DNA of 29,601 bases from the IMG/VR virus record IMGVR_UViG_3300020042_003032, positions 1-29,601 of that record; one strand, written 5' to 3'. The stretch's first letter is position 1; the number at the start of each line of letters is the position of its first letter. Below the pieces are notes generated by a model that worked only from the letters and a program-made list of their open reading frames with translations, was not told the DNA's origin and ran no database searches. This stretch comes from a virus. Taxonomy: Duplodnaviria; Caudoviricetes. Shown here piece after piece: positions 26,608 through 29,601 of this stretch. Made by a program: the position numbers and the translations under genes.

Positions 26608-26756
26608 TAGAGCAAATATTAAACTTACTAAAAGCATCAAGCCATTACGGACAAAGTGAATTGATAGAAATAGCAAAAGGAAAAAACAAACATCCAGAAA
26701 CTTGGCTGGAAGCATTTAAACAACATCAAAGACTACTCAAATGGCACAAGAAATAG
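26604..26756 (+). CDS. Small hypothetical protein (50 aa), not in the ORF track
   Basis: MIEQILNLLKASSHYGQSELIEIAKGKNKHPETWLEAFKQHQRLLKWHKK; overlaps both neighbours. Confidence 0.6.
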   Translation: MIEQILNLLKASSHYGQSELIEIAKGKNKHPETWLEAFKQHQRLLKWHKK

Positions 26757-28669
26757 ACATTAATTTAAACGTAAACGCAGAACAAGCGGACAAGTCTTTA
26801 GGTAGTTTAAAAAGTCAGTTAAGGGAAGCACAACAAGACGTACAAACGTTAGCCGATAAGTTTGGAGCAACTTCAAAAGAGGCAGTAGAAGCAGCTAAAA
26901 GAGCAGCAGAACTTAAAGACAGAATAGGAGACGCTAAAGCATTAACTGATGCATTCAATCCCGATGCAAAATTCAAGGCTTTAAGTGCATCATTAACTGG
27001 AGTGGCTGGAGGATTTTCAGTTGTTACTGGTGCTATGGGTGCGTTTGGAGGAGAAAGTAAAGTAGTAGAGCAAAGTCTTTTAAAAGTTCAGTCTGCTATG
27101 GCTATGGCTTCGGGACTTCAAGCAGTAGGAGAAAGTATAGACTCATTTAAACAATTAGGTGCGGTTGTAAAATCTTTTACAATAGTCCAAAGGATTAGCA
27201 CAGTAGCACAAACAATTTACAATGCAGTTATGGCTGCCAATCCAATAGGTGCTATTGTCGTTGCAGTTACCGCTTTAATAGCTGCCGGATATGCTTTGAT
27301 AAAAATGTTTCAAGCTAGTAGCGATGCAACACAAAAAGCAGAACAAGCAAACAAAGCATTAAACAAAGAATTAGATAATCAAGTTAAAAGTCAAAAGGCA
27401 GCATCACAAGAGTCAGACTTGGCTAGGGATGCTCAACTAGGAATGGCGAAAGCATCTGGTAAAAGTGCAGCAGAGGTCAGAAAATTAGCAGTAGAATTAG
27501 CAAACCAAGAAGTTCAACAAAAATTAACAAATGCTCAAACTTTAAGAGCAATAGCAATAGAGGCAATTAGAGTAGCTGGTTTAGAGGATGCAACAGATGC
27601 AGAGAAAGAAACGGCAAAGAGAGCATTAAAAGAATTTAACGAGGCAAACGATTCATTAAAAACATCCGTATTAAATAGACGGAAACTATTAATTGAAAAT
27701 AAAATAGCAGAAACTCAAGAGCAAACAGATGCAAGTAAAAAAGCAAATGATGAGGCAAAAGCAAAAAGAGATGAAGCCACTAAAAAAGAATTAGAGGCTA
27801 TAAAAAAAGCAAATGATGATAAGTTAGCAGAAGAAAAAAGATTAAAAGAGGAAAGACGAAAGCTATTTTTAGATGCTATAAAAGCCGCTGACGATTTAGA
27901 AAAAAGTTTAAAAGAAAGTGTTGAAACTCCAGCAGAAAAAGAAAACAGAGAGTATCTAGAAAAGAAAAAAATACTTGAGGATAACTATCGTTCAACTGAA
28001 TTATTAGATAAGCAACACAAAGAAAAATTACAAGAGATATCAAACGAATCATTTGCCGCTGATGCCAAGGCAGCAATGGAAAGAGATGCAAAGAAAAAAG
28101 AAGAGGAGGATAAAAAGGCAGCAGAGGACGTAGATAGAGAACAAAAAAGAACTGCTGCTATTCAATCATTCAAAGAAAATTTAAATAATATTATTTCTGG
28201 AATTGAGGCAAGTGGAATAGCAAAATCAAAAGCCGGTCAAGCATTATCTAAAACTTTAGCACTTACTCAAATTGGAATTGATACGGCAGTCGCTATTGGT
28301 AACGCAAGTAAATTAGCAACAGCAGAGGGAGCAAAAGCAGCGGCAGTAGGAGGACCGGGAGCTGGTACGATTGCTAGGATAGTTTCTTATGCATCCAGTT
28401 ACGCACAAGTATTAACTAATTTTATGAGAGCTAAAACTATGTTATCTAGTGGAGGAAGTGGAGGCGGTGGAGGAGCAGCCGGAGGTGGTGGAGGAGCAGA
28501 AGCAGCAGCACCAAGTTTCAACGTAGTAGGACCGAGTGGAGCGAATCAAATAGCTGAAAGTATAGGAGCAAGAGAAAGCCAACCTTTAAAAGCATTCGTA
28601 GTAGGAGGAGACGTAAGTACTCAACAAGGTCTTAATCGTTCAATCGTACAAAATGCAACTTTGGGATAA
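26741..28669 (+). CDS. Tape measure protein
   Basis: 642 aa Ala/Lys/Glu-rich coiled coil, ANPIGAIVVAVTALIAAG hydrophobic segment, Gly-rich linker near the C-terminus. Confidence 0.8.
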   Translation: MAQEIDINLNVNAEQADKSLGSLKSQLREAQQDVQTLADKFGATSKEAVEAAKRAAELKDRIGDAKALTDAFNPDAKFKALSASLTGVAGGFSVVTGAMGAFGGESKVVEQSLLKVQSAMAMASGLQAVGESIDSFKQLGAVVKSFTIVQRISTVAQTIYNAVMAANPIGAIVVAVTALIAAGYALIKMFQASSDATQKAEQANKALNKELDNQVKSQKAASQESDLARDAQLGMAKASGKSAAEVRKLAVELANQEVQQKLTNAQTLRAIAIEAIRVAGLEDATDAEKETAKRALKEFNEANDSLKTSVLNRRKLLIENKIAETQEQTDASKKANDEAKAKRDEATKKELEAIKKANDDKLAEEKRLKEERRKLFLDAIKAADDLEKSLKESVETPAEKENREYLEKKKILEDNYRSTELLDKQHKEKLQEISNESFAADAKAAMERDAKKKEEEDKKAAEDVDREQKRTAAIQSFKENLNNIISGIEASGIAKSKAGQALSKTLALTQIGIDTAVAIGNASKLATAEGAKAAAVGGPGAGTIARIVSYASSYAQVLTNFMRAKTMLSSGGSGGGGGAAGGGGGAEAAAPSFNVVGPSGANQIAESIGARESQPLKAFVVGGDVSTQQGLNRSIVQNATLG

Positions 28670-28673
28670 ATAA

Positions 28674-28683
28674 ACGTTATATA
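28674..28683 (+). promoter_or_regulatory. Candidate late promoter motif ACGTTATATA, copy 3
   Basis: Exact copy 14 nt before the ATG at 28698, heading the head operon. Confidence 0.65.
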
Positions 28684-28697
28684 AAAAAATAATTAAT

Positions 28698-29601
28698 ATG
28701 AAATTAATCGAGTTAATAATTGACGAGGAAATGGAGTTGTCCGGTATTGATGCAATCAGTATCGTAGAATCTCCAGCCATAGAGGAAGATTTTATCGCTT
28801 TAAAAACAGAGCAAAAAGAATACAAGTTTGCCGAAGTAGACAAAGAGAAAAAAATCATTATGGGTGCTATGTTAGTACCAGATAAACCAATTTACAGAAG
28901 AGACGAAAACGAAGGAGAGTATTATATTTATTTTAGTAAAGATACAATCCGTAAAGCTATGGAGTTATTCTTTGTAAATGGGAATCAGTCAAACGCAACC
29001 TTTGAGCATATGGAATCTATTACCGGTTTAACTATGGTAGAGAGTTGGATAGTAGAAGACACAGACAAAGACAAATCTAAACTTTACGAATTAAACGTCC
29101 CGGTAGGAACTTGGATGGGTACGATTAAAGTAAACAACGATAAGATCTGGAATGACTTTATTAAAACTGGCAAGGTTAAGGGATTCTCTATTGAGGGATA
29201 TTTTGCAGACAAAGCAAAGACTCCACTTTCAAAAGTTGATGAGACAGAAGAGCAAATACTAGCCGGATTAGAATTGTTATCTATAAGATATCACATTCAA
29301 GATTTTGAAAAAAAAACTCTACTAGAGACTTATAATGACTATCCAAAAGAGGCATCTGAAAACGCAAAAATAGCTTTAAGATATGCCGAAGAGAATGGAT
29401 GGGGAAGTTGTGGAACACCGGTAGGAAAACAAAGAGCAAATCAATTAGCAAACGGAGAAAACATAAGTGAGGAAACTATCTCACGAATGGCAAGTTTTAA
29501 AAGACACAAACAAAATAGCCAAAAAGAATTAGGAGACGGATGCGGTAGATTAATGTGGTTAGCTTGGGGTGGCGATGCTGGTATTGAATGGGCAAGTAAT
29601 A
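28698..29601 (+). CDS. Prohead serine protease (XkdF-like), 3'-truncated by the window edge; not in the ORF track
   Basis: Open to the end of the window: MKLIELIIDEE...AISIVESPAIEEDF...EH...VESWI...GTW...GKVKGFSIEG, followed by an extra YNDYP...WGGDAG module. Confidence 0.8.
   Translation, partial: MKLIELIIDEEMELSGIDAISIVESPAIEEDFIALKTEQKEYKFAEVDKEKKIIMGAMLVPDKPIYRRDENEGEYYIYFSKDTIRKAMELFFVNGNQSNATFEHMESITGLTMVESWIVEDTDKDKSKLYELNVPVGTWMGTIKVNNDKIWNDFIKTGKVKGFSIEGYFADKAKTPLSKVDETEEQILAGLELLSIRYHIQDFEKKTLLETYNDYPKEASENAKIALRYAEENGWGSCGTPVGKQRANQLANGENISEETISRMASFKRHKQNSQKELGDGCGRLMWLAWGGDAGIEWASN

Noticed and set aside
28447-28512. GGN/GCA-rich low-complexity repeat
   Set aside because: Encodes the ordinary Gly/Ala linker near the tape measure C-terminus.
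318-28858. All minus-strand ORFs in the track (e.g. 855-1118, 9876-10199, 14038-14412, 19428-19745, 28640-28858)
   Set aside because: Each lies antisense to a well-supported + strand gene and shows no recognisable motifs; treated as shadow ORFs.
1-29601. CRISPR array, tRNA genes, integrase/att site, stop-codon recoding
   Set aside because: I saw no regularly spaced repeats, cloverleaf or recombinase motifs. Genes tile densely under the standard code and use all three stop codons.

Overview
About 29.6 kb of an AT-rich tailed dsDNA phage (siphovirus-like), most likely infecting a Bacteroidota/Flavobacteriia host, judged from TTTG-N19-TAnnTTTG promoters, A-rich leaders without Shine-Dalgarno sequences and a DUF3127-type SSB. 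All credible genes are on the + strand. The window starts inside the scaffold gene and ends inside the prohead protease gene, so it probably covers nearly the whole circularly permuted genome. Gene order: scaffold, capsid, major tail, portal, adaptor, tail fibre, holins, M15 endolysin, phosphoesterase, u-spanin, NinG, small early genes, ERF, SSB, helicase, ECF sigma, nucleases, DnaA-C-like HTH, a three-gene IbrA/IbrB-like (PAPS-reductase + ParB) cassette, terminases, tail genes, tape measure, protease. Main observations: (1) a promoter- and terminator-bounded ~70-nt RNA that is antisense to the shared translation-start motif of several phage genes; (2) the IbrAB-like trio next to terS, a candidate DNA-modification system; (3) apparently complete absence of CAKG/CMTG (CATG, CAGG, CCTG) with a matching excess of CCGG; (4) a phage ECF sigma with a candidate late promoter ACGTTATATA; (5) a kissing-loop RNA; (6) a T9 -1 frameshift gene. 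All motif counts are manual reads, not computed, and product calls come from recognised motifs, not database searches.
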